Assembly: GCA_016235455.1 (NCBI GenBank)
Contig: JACRKZ010000004.1
Span: forward strand, 1 to 28,993
Source: Armatimonadota bacterium
GTDB lineage: Bacteria; Armatimonadota; UBA10988
Length of the DNA stretch: 28,993 nucleotides
Direction of reading: 5' to 3'
The position numbers and the translations under genes are program-made. Positions 6,574 to 17,046 of the stretch are shown piece after piece. The notes beneath the pieces were generated by a model. That model was not told the DNA's origin. It worked only from the letters and a program-made list of their open reading frames with translations, and did no database searches. Within the stretch, counting starts at the first letter, position 1. Each line of letters opens with the position of its first letter.

Positions 6574-9500
6574 ATGCATCTCGGCGGCGGCACGGGCTGG
6601 TTGGCTCTGGCGCTGGTATTGTCAGCGACGGCCGCGGTGGGCGAGCGGGTGGAATTCGCCCGGCCGTTCGCCCCCGAGGAGGCGTGGGTCAAGCCGCCAG
6701 AGCGCCCGTATCGCGCCGATCAGTGCCTCAACGGCCGCTGGCGCTTCCAGCCCGTGGCGCTGCCCGCCGGCTGGAAGCGCAACACCGGCACACCGCCCGA
6801 CATGCCCTTACCGGCGGCCGACGGCTGGGATGCCGTGCCGATCAAGATCCCCAGCCCGTGGAACGTGAACGCCTGGGGTGGTGGCCGGCGGGTGGGCGAG
6901 GGCACGCCTCACCCCTACTGGCCGAGTTCGCTCTACTACCCGAGCTACCCCGAGCACTGGGATGGCGTGGAGATGGGCTGGTTGAGCCGCTCGTTCACGC
7001 CTCCCGCCGTCTGGTCCGGCCGCCGGCTGCTGCTGCACTTCGAGGCGGTCGCGGGCGAGGCGCGCGTGGTCGTCAATGGCCGGCTGGCCGGCAGCCACCT
7101 GGGCAGCCATCTGCCGTTCGAGTGCGACATCACTGACCTGGTCCGGCTGGGCGAGGCCAACGAGTTGCTCGTTGGTGTGCGCGGCATGGACCTGTTCGAC
7201 CAGGTCACGCCGCCATACAGCCGCATGCGCTCGCCCTATCCGCCGGGCTCCAACACCGACCATCTGCGCGGTATCTGGCAGGATGTGTGGTTGCTGGCGT
7301 TGCCGGCCACGCGGGTGGTGGACGCCTTCGTGCAGCCGTGGGTCGACCGCGACGAGTTGGCGGTCGAGGCCACCTTGCGCAACGACACCGATCAGCCGCG
7401 CGCGGTGACCGTCGGCGGCGAGGTGCGGCCGTGGGTCAACCAGGCCGGCGCCGACACCCTCTCCGCACCCGAGCCCGTCTGGCGGCTGGACGATGCCGTG
7501 CTGAGCCTGCCCCAGCAAGCGGTGACGCTCGCGCCTGGCGAGCAGCGGGTGATCCGGCTGTCCGCCAAGGTGGGCGGACGGCTGAAGCTGTGGTCGCCCG
7601 AGGCGCCGAACCTGTACGGCCTGGTGCTGGCGGTGGATGCCGATGGTCAAGCGCTCGACCGGCAGTACTCGCGCTTTGGCTGGCGGCAGGTGGCGATCCG
7701 TGGCCGTGATCTGCTGCTCAACGGGAGCAGGATCACCTTGTATGGCGACCTGCTGCACCCGTTCGGCCCGTTCGTCAACTCGCGGCGTTACGTGTGGGCC
7801 TGGTACAAGCTGATCAAGGACATGCATGGCAATGCCGTGCGGCCTCATGCCCAGCCACATCCGCGGGCGTACCTGGACCTGGCCGACGAGATGGGCCTGA
7901 TGGTGCTCGACGAGACGGCCATGTTTGGCAGTTCGTTGCGCCTGAACTTCGCCGAGCCGACGGCCTGGGACCGCTTCGCTGAGAACTACGACTCGCTGGT
8001 GCGGCGCGACCGCAATCACCCCAGCGTGTTCGGCTGGTCGTGGGGCAACGAGTTGTTCGCCACGTTCATCTACGACAAAGCCATCGGGCCGACGGAGACG
8101 GACGCCTGGTACGGCAAGCTGGCCGAGCTTGGCCGGCGCGGCGCGCGGCTCGACCCGACCCGCGCCTGGACCTCGTGCGACGGCGACGAGGACGTGCGCG
8201 GCACGCAGCCCGTGTGGAACAAGCATTTCGGCCACGGCACCGCGTTCGCCGGCGACCGCGCCTACGAGAGCTACGCTGGCCGCAACGAGGCGTTAGCGGT
8301 GGACGTGTACGACACGATCGTGCATGTGGCGCGGCCCAGGCTGGCATTCTTCTCACCCGCGGAGACGGCGTGGTTTGGCGTGGAACCATTGCCGTTCGGC
8401 TACCGCGACCTCGAGCGCCTGCCCACGAAGGATGATGGCGTGTGGTTCGGCGCCTACCGCGACGGCGTGCCCGGCGTGCAGATTGAGCGGCTGCCACCGT
8501 ATGTCTGCGCGCTCAACCCCGGCTGGGACCCAGCCTTGCCGCTGTACCGGCCGCTGGCCTGGTTCCATGCGCAGCAGGCGGCGCAGGCGCCCGACGCGCC
8601 GCGGCCCTGCGCCTGGGACCATCGGCTGACCACCCCGGCGGCCGCTGCCGCACCGGAGCCGGAGCCGCTCAAGGCGCCGTGTGTGGTGGTCGACGCTGCA
8701 ACGCTGACCGAGGCCCGTCTGCCTGCGGTCCGGCAGGCGGTCGACGCCGCGCTGGCCGGTGGTGGGCTGGTGATCGTGACTATCACCGACGCGCGCGCGC
8801 CGCTGGACCTGCTCAATCGGCTGTTGCCCGTGCCGGCCAGCCTGACCGCGCGCACCGCCACAGCCTTGACCAAGGGTGTCGAGCACCCCTGGACCGCCGG
8901 CCTGACGGCGGCCGATCTCTACTTTGCCGAGGACCCGCGCGACAAGCTGGTCATCAAGTGCGGCCTGGGTGGGGTGCTGGTGGACCAGGGCAGAGTGTTG
9001 CTGACGGCCTCGAACACCGACTGGTCACAGTTCAACCAACAGCCCGAGGCGGTCAAGTGCGGTGCGGCGGTGCTCTATGAGCAGCTTCGCAAGCCGGCCG
9101 GCGCGGCGCTGGTGGAGTTGGCGAGCGGCGCCGGTCGGGTGGTTGTCTCCACCCTCGATAGCACCCATGGGTCGGAGGCTGCGCGGGCACTGTGGGAGCG
9201 GCTGCTACGCCGGGCCGGCGTCAAGGCCGGAGCCGCGGCCGCCACATCGGGACCGGTGGCGTTCAACGCCGCCGGCGCGCTGATCAACGCCCTGGTGGCC
9301 CATGGTCCGCAGGCGCCGATGGCGGGCGACGCTGCCTGGCAGCCGCTGGCCGCGCTGGGCGAGGACCGCTACAACCTGGACCAGTGGCGCCTGGCCGGCG
9401 CGGGCGGCGGTCTGGACACGGTGTGGCTGACTTGCCGGGTCTACTGCCCGACCGACCTGAGCGATCCGCTGACGGCCGGGCCGGACGCGCCGCGCGTCGG

Positions 9501-9753
9501 GCTGCTGGCCTACTACGCGGACGAGTTGACCGTGCTGGTCAACGGGCGCGAGCAGCAGCCGGCCCTCACCGAGCCGGCCGACTATCGTAAGCTTGGTCGC
9601 TACGACGGCTTGCCGCTGGTTCAGGGCTGGAACGAACTGCGGCTGCGGTTGGTCAGCGCGCATCGCGACGGTCCGAACGTGGGCACGCTGGCGCTGCGGT
9701 TGCAGTGCAGCCAGCCGGCGTTCCTCGGGCGCCTGGGCAGCGCGCTGCGCTGA
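6574..9753 (+). CDS. Glycoside hydrolase family 2 protein, secreted; apparently lacks the nucleophile-bearing segment
   Basis: AGGAG RBS; signal peptide; 'LNGRWRF', 'LHFEAV', 'GIWQDVWL', 'LWSPEAPNLY', 'FGWRQV', 'LDLADEMGLMV', 'RDRNHPSVFGWSWGNE'. Confidence 0.88.
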   Translation: MHLGGGTGWLALALVLSATAAVGERVEFARPFAPEEAWVKPPERPYRADQCLNGRWRFQPVALPAGWKRNTGTPPDMPLPAADGWDAVPIKIPSPWNVNAWGGGRRVGEGTPHPYWPSSLYYPSYPEHWDGVEMGWLSRSFTPPAVWSGRRLLLHFEAVAGEARVVVNGRLAGSHLGSHLPFECDITDLVRLGEANELLVGVRGMDLFDQVTPPYSRMRSPYPPGSNTDHLRGIWQDVWLLALPATRVVDAFVQPWVDRDELAVEATLRNDTDQPRAVTVGGEVRPWVNQAGADTLSAPEPVWRLDDAVLSLPQQAVTLAPGEQRVIRLSAKVGGRLKLWSPEAPNLYGLVLAVDADGQALDRQYSRFGWRQVAIRGRDLLLNGSRITLYGDLLHPFGPFVNSRRYVWAWYKLIKDMHGNAVRPHAQPHPRAYLDLADEMGLMVLDETAMFGSSLRLNFAEPTAWDRFAENYDSLVRRDRNHPSVFGWSWGNELFATFIYDKAIGPTETDAWYGKLAELGRRGARLDPTRAWTSCDGDEDVRGTQPVWNKHFGHGTAFAGDRAYESYAGRNEALAVDVYDTIVHVARPRLAFFSPAETAWFGVEPLPFGYRDLERLPTKDDGVWFGAYRDGVPGVQIERLPPYVCALNPGWDPALPLYRPLAWFHAQQAAQAPDAPRPCAWDHRLTTPAAAAAPEPEPLKAPCVVVDAATLTEARLPAVRQAVDAALAGGGLVIVTITDARAPLDLLNRLLPVPASLTARTATALTKGVEHPWTAGLTAADLYFAEDPRDKLVIKCGLGGVLVDQGRVLLTASNTDWSQFNQQPEAVKCGAAVLYEQLRKPAGAALVELASGAGRVVVSTLDSTHGSEAARALWERLLRRAGVKAGAAAATSGPVAFNAAGALINALVAHGPQAPMAGDAAWQPLAALGEDRYNLDQWRLAGAGGGLDTVWLTCRVYCPTDLSDPLTAGPDAPRVGLLAYYADELTVLVNGREQQPALTEPADYRKLGRYDGLPLVQGWNELRLRLVSAHRDGPNVGTLALRLQCSQPAFLGRLGSALR

Positions 9754-9837
9754 GTGTGGTGCCTCCCAGCTGGTTGTTGCCGGGTCGGCACGCAATGCCG
9801 CGCTCGGCGTGGCCTCCCTGGCGCTGCGCGGAGGACT

Positions 9838-9860
9838 ACCGGCCAGGAGGCCGGTGCCAC
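9838..9860 (-). repeat. REP-like element
   Basis: Minus strand GTGGC-ACCGGCC-TCCT-GGCCGGT, in the gap between convergent genes; a degenerate inverted partner GGCCTCCCTGGC lies at 9811-9822. Confidence 0.45.
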
Positions 9861-9873
9861 CAAAGGCCACGCG

Positions 9874-11262
<1,389 letters not shown>

Positions 11263-11263
11263 G

Positions 11264-12475
11264 TCAGTCACCCTTCTTGCCGCCGCTTTTGGCCGCCGGC
11301 TTGGGCGCAGCCGGGGCACTGAACGTCCAGTCGGTCTTGAGCTTCATCGAGCCATCCACAACCGTGACACCCACCTTGTGCTTCCCCGCCAGGTTGCTGG
11401 GCAGGTCACCACTGACCGTGCCCGTGGCGGCGTCGAGCCGGCACTCTATCTGCTTGCCATCGAGCGTCAGGAAGGCCTTGGCCTGCGCCAGGTCGGCCGG
11501 CAACTGGGCCGAGGCGGTGGCTGGGTGGTCGGTCAGCCTGGCATCGGGCTCGGGTGTCTGGCCGGTGAGCAGCAGGCGGCGCGGCGCCACGCGTTGGTTG
11601 GCAAAGGCCTCGAGCGAGTCCTTACGGAAGACCATGCGGCGGCCGAGTCGAAAGAGATCGCCACCGGTGGCGATGGGCCCGCCGTCGACGGTCAGGCCGG
11701 CCTCGTAGCCGGCGGCCTTGGTCGCGGCGCGCACCGCTCCGTTCGAGGCGCCGTACGGGTAGGCGATGATGGTGCAGGGCTTCTTCAGGTGCTCTTCGAT
11801 GGCAGCCTTGCTGTCGGCCAGTTCCTTTTTGAGCTGATCGGCGCCCTTGCGCCCGGTCTTCACCAGGTCGACATGGTTGAGCGTGTGGCTCTGTACATCG
11901 ATCAGTCCGCTGGCCTGCATCTCGGCCAACTGCTCCCATTTGACGGCACCGGCCGCTTTGCCCACCCAGTTGGTGTAGACGAACACCGTCGCCGGCATCT
12001 GGTGCTTCTGGAGCAGCGGGAAGGCCGTCTTGTAGTCGGTCAGGAAGCCGTCGTCGAAGGTGATGACCACGCTCCTGGTAGGCAGCGCCGTGCCGTCGGT
12101 CATGGCCTTGACCACGTCGCGCAGGGCCAGCACCTGGTACTTGTTGTCGGCCAGCCACTGGAGTTGCGCGGCAAACTTGTCGGGCGGCAGCACGGTCTGC
12201 TGGTCAGGCTTGTCGGCGATGCGGTGGTAGCAGAGCACCACGGTCGATACATTGCCCTTCTCGGCCAGCGGCGCGGGCGGTGTCGGCTCCGCCGTCGGTG
12301 CCGGCGGCGTGGCCAGCGCCGAAGCCGAGGCGACTGCCTGAGCGGTGGGCACCGGCGCGGTGCGCGCGCGGCGCATGGCGATGACACTGCCCGCGCCGAG
12401 ACCCAGCACTAAGGCCACGATCACCGGCACAACCCAGTACGGCCGGGCGGCCGGCTTGGAGTCGAAATCGATCAC
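11264..12475 (-). CDS. Membrane-anchored polysaccharide deacetylase (CE4/NodB, IcaB/PgaB-like) with a C-terminal Ig-like domain
   Basis: N-terminal TM helix and Pro/Ala linker; 'LCYHRI', 'ITFDDG', 'SHTLNH', 'AYPYG'. Confidence 0.9.
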   Translation of the reverse strand: MIDFDSKPAARPYWVVPVIVALVLGLGAGSVIAMRRARTAPVPTAQAVASASALATPPAPTAEPTPPAPLAEKGNVSTVVLCYHRIADKPDQQTVLPPDKFAAQLQWLADNKYQVLALRDVVKAMTDGTALPTRSVVITFDDGFLTDYKTAFPLLQKHQMPATVFVYTNWVGKAAGAVKWEQLAEMQASGLIDVQSHTLNHVDLVKTGRKGADQLKKELADSKAAIEEHLKKPCTIIAYPYGASNGAVRAATKAAGYEAGLTVDGGPIATGGDLFRLGRRMVFRKDSLEAFANQRVAPRRLLLTGQTPEPDARLTDHPATASAQLPADLAQAKAFLTLDGKQIECRLDAATGTVSGDLPSNLAGKHKVGVTVVDGSMKLKTDWTFSAPAAPKPAAKSGGKKGD

Positions 12476-12520
12476 AACACTACCTCTTGGCCCGAGCCCC
12501 GCCCACGGGCTGCGGCGTCA

Positions 12521-13738
12521 TTATACTTCGAGGAACAGCCGGGCCGGATCCTCGATGACGTCCTTGACGCGCCGCAGGAAGGTGACGGCCTCGCGCCCGT
12601 CGACGATGCGGTGATCGTAGGATAGGGCGATGTACATCATCGGCCGGATGACCACCTGGCCATCGCGCGCCACGGGCCGATCCTGGATGGCGTGCAGGCC
12701 CAGAATGCCGCTCTGGGGCGGGTTGACGATCGGTGTCGAGAGCATCGAGCCGTAGACGCCGCCGTTGGAGATGGTGAACGTGCCGCCCTGCAGCTCGTCG
12801 ATGGTCAGCGCGCCCTTGGCCGCGCGCTGGGCATACGCGGCGATGGCCTGCTCGACGCCGGCGAAGCTCAGCCGGTCGGCGGCGCGCAGCACCGGCACCA
12901 CCAGACCCTTGCCGCCGCCGATGGCCACACCGATGTCGTAACGGTGGTGATAGACGATGCTGTCGCCACGGATCTCGGCGTTGACACCTGGGATGGCTTT
13001 GAGCGCCTCGACCACCGCCTTGACGAAGAACGACATGAAGCCGAGCTTGATCTCGTACTTCTTCGCGAAGGCCTCCTGGTACTGCTTGCGTAGCGCCATC
13101 ACAGCGCTCATGTCGACCTCGTTGAAGGTGGTCAGCAGCGCCATTTCGGTGCTGGCCTGCACCAGCCGCTGGGCCACGCGACGGCGCAGCGGGCTCATCG
13201 GCACCACCTCTTCGTCCTCGTCGGCGACCACCGGCGCCAGAGCCGGCGCAGGCGCCGCCACGGGTGGCGGCGCCTGCGGCGCGGCGCGGAGCACATCCTC
13301 CTTGAGCACGCGGCCGCCAGGCCCGCTGGGCGTGACCTGCTCGGGCGCGATGCCTTGCTCGGCCATGGCGTGCGCGGCGGCGGGCATGATTCGGGGCGCG
13401 ACGCCCGGCGCGGCCGCCTCGGCGGCCACGGGCGACTCACCCGGTGCCAGCGCCGGCACGGGCGAGGCCTGGTCGGCGGCGGCGGCCGGCGCGACGACGG
13501 CGCCCTCGGTGACGTAACCGACCACGGCGCCGACCGTGGCGTTGGCGCCAGCCGGCACGAGGATCTGCGTGAGCACGCCGTCCGCGGGCGCCGGCAGTTC
13601 GAAGGTGACCTTGTCCGTTTCGATCTCGGCCAGTCCCTCGTCCTTGGCCACCGCGTCACCCTCGGCCTTCAGCCACCGCCCGATAAGCACTTCGGTGATG
13701 GACTCGCCCACCGCGGGCACAATCAGCTCCACTGCCAT
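12521..13738 (-). CDS. sucB: 2-oxoglutarate dehydrogenase E2, dihydrolipoamide succinyltransferase
   Basis: Lipoyl motif 'EIETDKVT', E3-binding '[11 protein letters not shown]', catalytic '[17 protein letters not shown]'. Confidence 0.96.
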   Translation of the reverse strand: MAVELIVPAVGESITEVLIGRWLKAEGDAVAKDEGLAEIETDKVTFELPAPADGVLTQILVPAGANATVGAVVGYVTEGAVVAPAAAADQASPVPALAPGESPVAAEAAAPGVAPRIMPAAAHAMAEQGIAPEQVTPSGPGGRVLKEDVLRAAPQAPPPVAAPAPALAPVVADEDEEVVPMSPLRRRVAQRLVQASTEMALLTTFNEVDMSAVMALRKQYQEAFAKKYEIKLGFMSFFVKAVVEALKAIPGVNAEIRGDSIVYHHRYDIGVAIGGGKGLVVPVLRAADRLSFAGVEQAIAAYAQRAAKGALTIDELQGGTFTISNGGVYGSMLSTPIVNPPQSGILGLHAIQDRPVARDGQVVIRPMMYIALSYDHRIVDGREAVTFLRRVKDVIEDPARLFLEV

Positions 13739-13766
13739 GGTCCGACACCCTTTCTATGCGCGCAGG

Positions 13767-16559
13767 TCACCGGGGCCCGCCCAGCGCCGCCGTGAGCAGA
13801 CGCTCCTGCTCCAGCCGGTGGCTGGCCGCCGAGCCGGTGGCTGGGCTGGCGCCAGCCAGCCTGGAGATTCCGTCAAACTCCCATCGACCCCAAAGCCCGC
13901 GTGGATACTGGGCGAGCAGGTAGCGCCACGGGCCCATGTTGGCCGGCTCGTCCTGTACCCAGTAGACATTGCGGGCCTGCTCATAGCGGGCCAACTGCGC
14001 GCGCAGTTCCGCCTCGGGGAAAGGATACAGCTCTTCCAGCCGCAATATGGCCACGTCCGTGCGCTCGAGTTGGCGTCGCCGGTCCTCGAGCTCATAGGCG
14101 ATCTTGCCCGAGCAGAGCAGCACGCGCTGCACGCCGGCCGGGTCGAGTTCGGCCGGGTCCGGCATCACCGTCTGGTAGGTGCCGCCGGCCAGCGCCTCGA
14201 GCGGCGAGACCGCCGCGGGGTGCCGCAGCAGGCTCTTGGGCGTGAACACTACCAGCGGCTTGGCCCACTGCCGCAGCATCTGGCGGCGCAGCAAATGGAA
14301 CATCTGGGCCGGCGTGCTGGGCCAGCAGATCTGCCAGTTGGCGTCGGCCGCGAGCTGCAGGTAGCGCTCCACGCGCGCCGACGAGTGTTCTGGGCCCATG
14401 CCTTCCATGCCGTGCGGCAGCAGCAGCACGAGCTTGCTCAGCAGCCCCCACTTGTCCTCGCCGCTGGCTATGAATTGGTCCAGGATGACCTGCGCCACGT
14501 TGGCGAAGTCGCCAAACTGCGCCTCCCAGATGGTCAGGCAGTCGGGGCTGTCGAGGCTGTAACCGTACTCGAAGCCCAGCACGCCCACCTCGCATAGCGG
14601 GCTGTTGAGCAGTTCCACGCGGCCGGGCCCCAACAACTCCAGCGGCGCGAACTCGTGGCCGTCGGTCACGCTGTGCAGCACCGAGTGCCGGTGGCCAAAC
14701 GTGCCGCGCTGGCTGTCCTGGCCGCTCAGCCGCAGCCGGAAGCCCTCGTTGACCAACGTGCCCATGGCCAGCGCCTCGCCCATGCCCCAGTCCAGCGGGC
14801 GCTCGCCGCGCGCCATCTCGCGGCGCCGGTCGATCACCTGCTTGATCTTGGGGTGCGGCGTGAAGTCGTCGGGCAGCGCGGTGAGCGTATAGCCCACGTC
14901 GCGCAGCGCCTCGACCGGCAGGCTGGTGTCAGGATGATCGGCCTGGCCCGACGGGCCGCCATGCAGGCCCTGCCACAGGCGGCTGAGCTGCCGCACGGGC
15001 GGGTTGTAGTCGGCGCTGCGCGCCACGGCCAGTTCAGCCTCCAGTGTCTCTTGGCGCTGGTAGGCGATGGCATCCGCGTCCTTCTGGCTGACCTCGCCCA
15101 GGCGCAAAAGGTGTTCCAGGTAGCCCTCGCGCACGGTCTTGCGTTGCTCGATGGCGGCGTAGAGCAACGGCTGGGTGAAGGCCGGTTCGTCGCCCTCGTT
15201 GTGGCCGCGCCGGCGGTAGCAGTACATATCGATGATCACGTCGCGCGCGAAGGTCCGGCGGAAGTCGAGCGCCAGCCGCACCACCTGCGCCACCGATTCC
15301 GGGTCCTCGCCGTTGACGTGGAACACCGGGCTCTGCAGCATCTTGGCCACGTCGGTGCAGTAGTGCGTCGAGCGCGAGTCGATTGGGTCCGTGGTGAAGC
15401 CGATCTGGTTGTTGATGACCACATGCACGGCGCCACCCACCCCGTACCCGCCGAGGCGACTGAGGTTGAGCGTCTCCTGCACCACCCCTTCTCCGGCGAA
15501 GGCCGCATCGCCGTGGATGAGCACCATCAGGCCCTCTTCGCGGTAGGCGTCGCCGCGGCGGTCCTGCTTGGCGCGCAGCCGGCCCATGGCCACGGTGTTG
15601 GCGAACTCCAGATGGCTGGGATTGAAGCACAGCGAGAGGTGGACACTGCGGCCGGCCGCGGTTGGGTAGTCACTGGAGTAGCCCAGGTGGTACTTCACAT
15701 CGCCGCGACCCAGGTACTTCTCGGGGTCGAGATCGGCGAACTCCCTGAAGATCTGCTGCGGGCCCTTGCCCATGATGTTGGACAGCACATTGAGCCGGCC
15801 GCGATGGGCCATGCCCAGCACGATCTCGCGGATGCCCTGCCGCCCCGAATCCTCGATGGCCAGGTCGAGCAGTGGAATGAGGCTCTCGCCGCCTTCCAGC
15901 GAGAAGCTCTTGGCGCCGACGAACTTGCGCTGAATGAAGTCCTCGAAGATGACCGCGTCGGTCAGCTTGGTGAGGATGCGCACCTGCTCCTCGCGCGTCA
16001 GGCGCAGGCGGTTGCGCGTGGCCTCCATGCGTTCGAGCAGCCACTGGCGCATCCGCAGATCGTCCATGTGCATGAACTGCGCGCCGATCAGCCGGCAGTA
16101 GGTCTCCTCCAGATGCTCGATGATCTCGCGCAGCGTGCGGTCGCGGCCATTGCTTTCCAGCGTGCCGGTGTGGAAGGTGCGGTCCATATCGGCTTCCGAG
16201 AAGCCGTGGAACGCCGCGTCGAGTTCCTCGGGCCGCGCCACGTGCCGCATGAGCGGATCGACATGGGCGGCCAGATGGCCGCGCACGCGATAGGCGCGGA
16301 TGAGCATCTCGAGGCGTTGCTGGTACTGCGCGGCGCCTTCGGGCGCACGCCGGGCAACGGCGCTGCCGCGCGGATTGAAGATGCTCTCGGCCCGCGGCGC
16401 CGGCGGATGGTTCGAGTGGCCGTTGGCCGTCGGCGTGAGCCCGGCGAAATAGCCGCGCCAGTGGGCGGGCACGGAGTCCGGGTCGTCGAGGTAGTGCAGG
16501 TACAGGTCCTCGACGAACTCGAGATTGGCGATGTCTGGCACGCGCTGCCCTTGGCTCAT
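13767..16559 (-). CDS. sucA: 2-oxoglutarate dehydrogenase E1
   Basis: 'AYRVRGH', 'FSLEGGE', 'GMAHRGRLN', 'GDVKYHLG', 'HGDAAFAGEG', 'WEAQFGDFAN', 'GPEHSSAR'; ATG 16559 (alternative GTG 16568). Confidence 0.97.
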   Translation of the reverse strand: MSQGQRVPDIANLEFVEDLYLHYLDDPDSVPAHWRGYFAGLTPTANGHSNHPPAPRAESIFNPRGSAVARRAPEGAAQYQQRLEMLIRAYRVRGHLAAHVDPLMRHVARPEELDAAFHGFSEADMDRTFHTGTLESNGRDRTLREIIEHLEETYCRLIGAQFMHMDDLRMRQWLLERMEATRNRLRLTREEQVRILTKLTDAVIFEDFIQRKFVGAKSFSLEGGESLIPLLDLAIEDSGRQGIREIVLGMAHRGRLNVLSNIMGKGPQQIFREFADLDPEKYLGRGDVKYHLGYSSDYPTAAGRSVHLSLCFNPSHLEFANTVAMGRLRAKQDRRGDAYREEGLMVLIHGDAAFAGEGVVQETLNLSRLGGYGVGGAVHVVINNQIGFTTDPIDSRSTHYCTDVAKMLQSPVFHVNGEDPESVAQVVRLALDFRRTFARDVIIDMYCYRRRGHNEGDEPAFTQPLLYAAIEQRKTVREGYLEHLLRLGEVSQKDADAIAYQRQETLEAELAVARSADYNPPVRQLSRLWQGLHGGPSGQADHPDTSLPVEALRDVGYTLTALPDDFTPHPKIKQVIDRRREMARGERPLDWGMGEALAMGTLVNEGFRLRLSGQDSQRGTFGHRHSVLHSVTDGHEFAPLELLGPGRVELLNSPLCEVGVLGFEYGYSLDSPDCLTIWEAQFGDFANVAQVILDQFIASGEDKWGLLSKLVLLLPHGMEGMGPEHSSARVERYLQLAADANWQICWPSTPAQMFHLLRRQMLRQWAKPLVVFTPKSLLRHPAAVSPLEALAGGTYQTVMPDPAELDPAGVQRVLLCSGKIAYELEDRRRQLERTDVAILRLEELYPFPEAELRAQLARYEQARNVYWVQDEPANMGPWRYLLAQYPRGLWGRWEFDGISRLAGASPATGSAASHRLEQERLLTAALGGPR

Positions 16560-16750
16560 GGATGCCACCCTTTGGGTCGCGAGAAGCTAACGGTATAAGT
16601 ATGACGTGGTAGCGGATGCGCGCAGGGGCAACCTGGCCTGATCGGCGGGGCAGGGAGGAGCGGCCCGGCCCGATAGCGAACCGACCTGGGTCGGGCCGGC
16701 AGTTCGACGGCGACCGCTCTAGGGCTCGGCGAGACGTTGGAGCGACAACG

Positions 16751-16969
16751 ATGGGCACGGAGCAGCGCACAGCCAAGACGGAGCGCCTGGCCCCGCGGGC
16801 GACGCGCGCGGAGAAAGAGGCACTTCAACGGGCAGCATCGGCACGCGGTGAATCGCTATCGACCTTTGTGCTTGGTTGTGCCCTCCGCGATGCGGACCGA
16901 GTCCTGGGGGATCGGCGCGACGGTCCGTCCACGGCAGGCACGCCCGAAGTGCATGAACATCGGCCCTGA
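16751..16969 (+). CDS. DUF1778/TacA-like ribbon-helix-helix antitoxin, C-terminally degenerate (possible pseudogene)
   Basis: GGAG RBS; 'KTERLAPRATRAEKEALQRAASARGESLSTFVLGCALRDADRVL' fits the DUF1778 N-terminal pattern; 72 aa. Confidence 0.7.
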   Translation: MGTEQRTAKTERLAPRATRAEKEALQRAASARGESLSTFVLGCALRDADRVLGDRRDGPSTAGTPEVHEHRP

Positions 16970-16993
16970 GCCAAGCGCCCGCCTCTTCCCGCG

Positions 16994-17022
16994 TTGACCA
17001 TCCCCCCGTCGCCGCCTACAAT
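16994..17022 (+). promoter_or_regulatory. Sigma70-type promoter of glyQS
   Basis: TTGACC-N17-TACAAT, 24 nt before the ATG. Confidence 0.8.
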
Positions 17023-17046
17023 GTGAAGCTCCGAGGAGAGCGTGCA

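Noticed and set aside
14655-16598. Long antisense or alternative-frame ORFs (647 aa here; also 16825-18405, 21237-22979, 6808-8235)
   Set aside because: Shadow ORFs are expected opposite real genes in high-GC DNA; they show no motifs and fully overlap confident genes.
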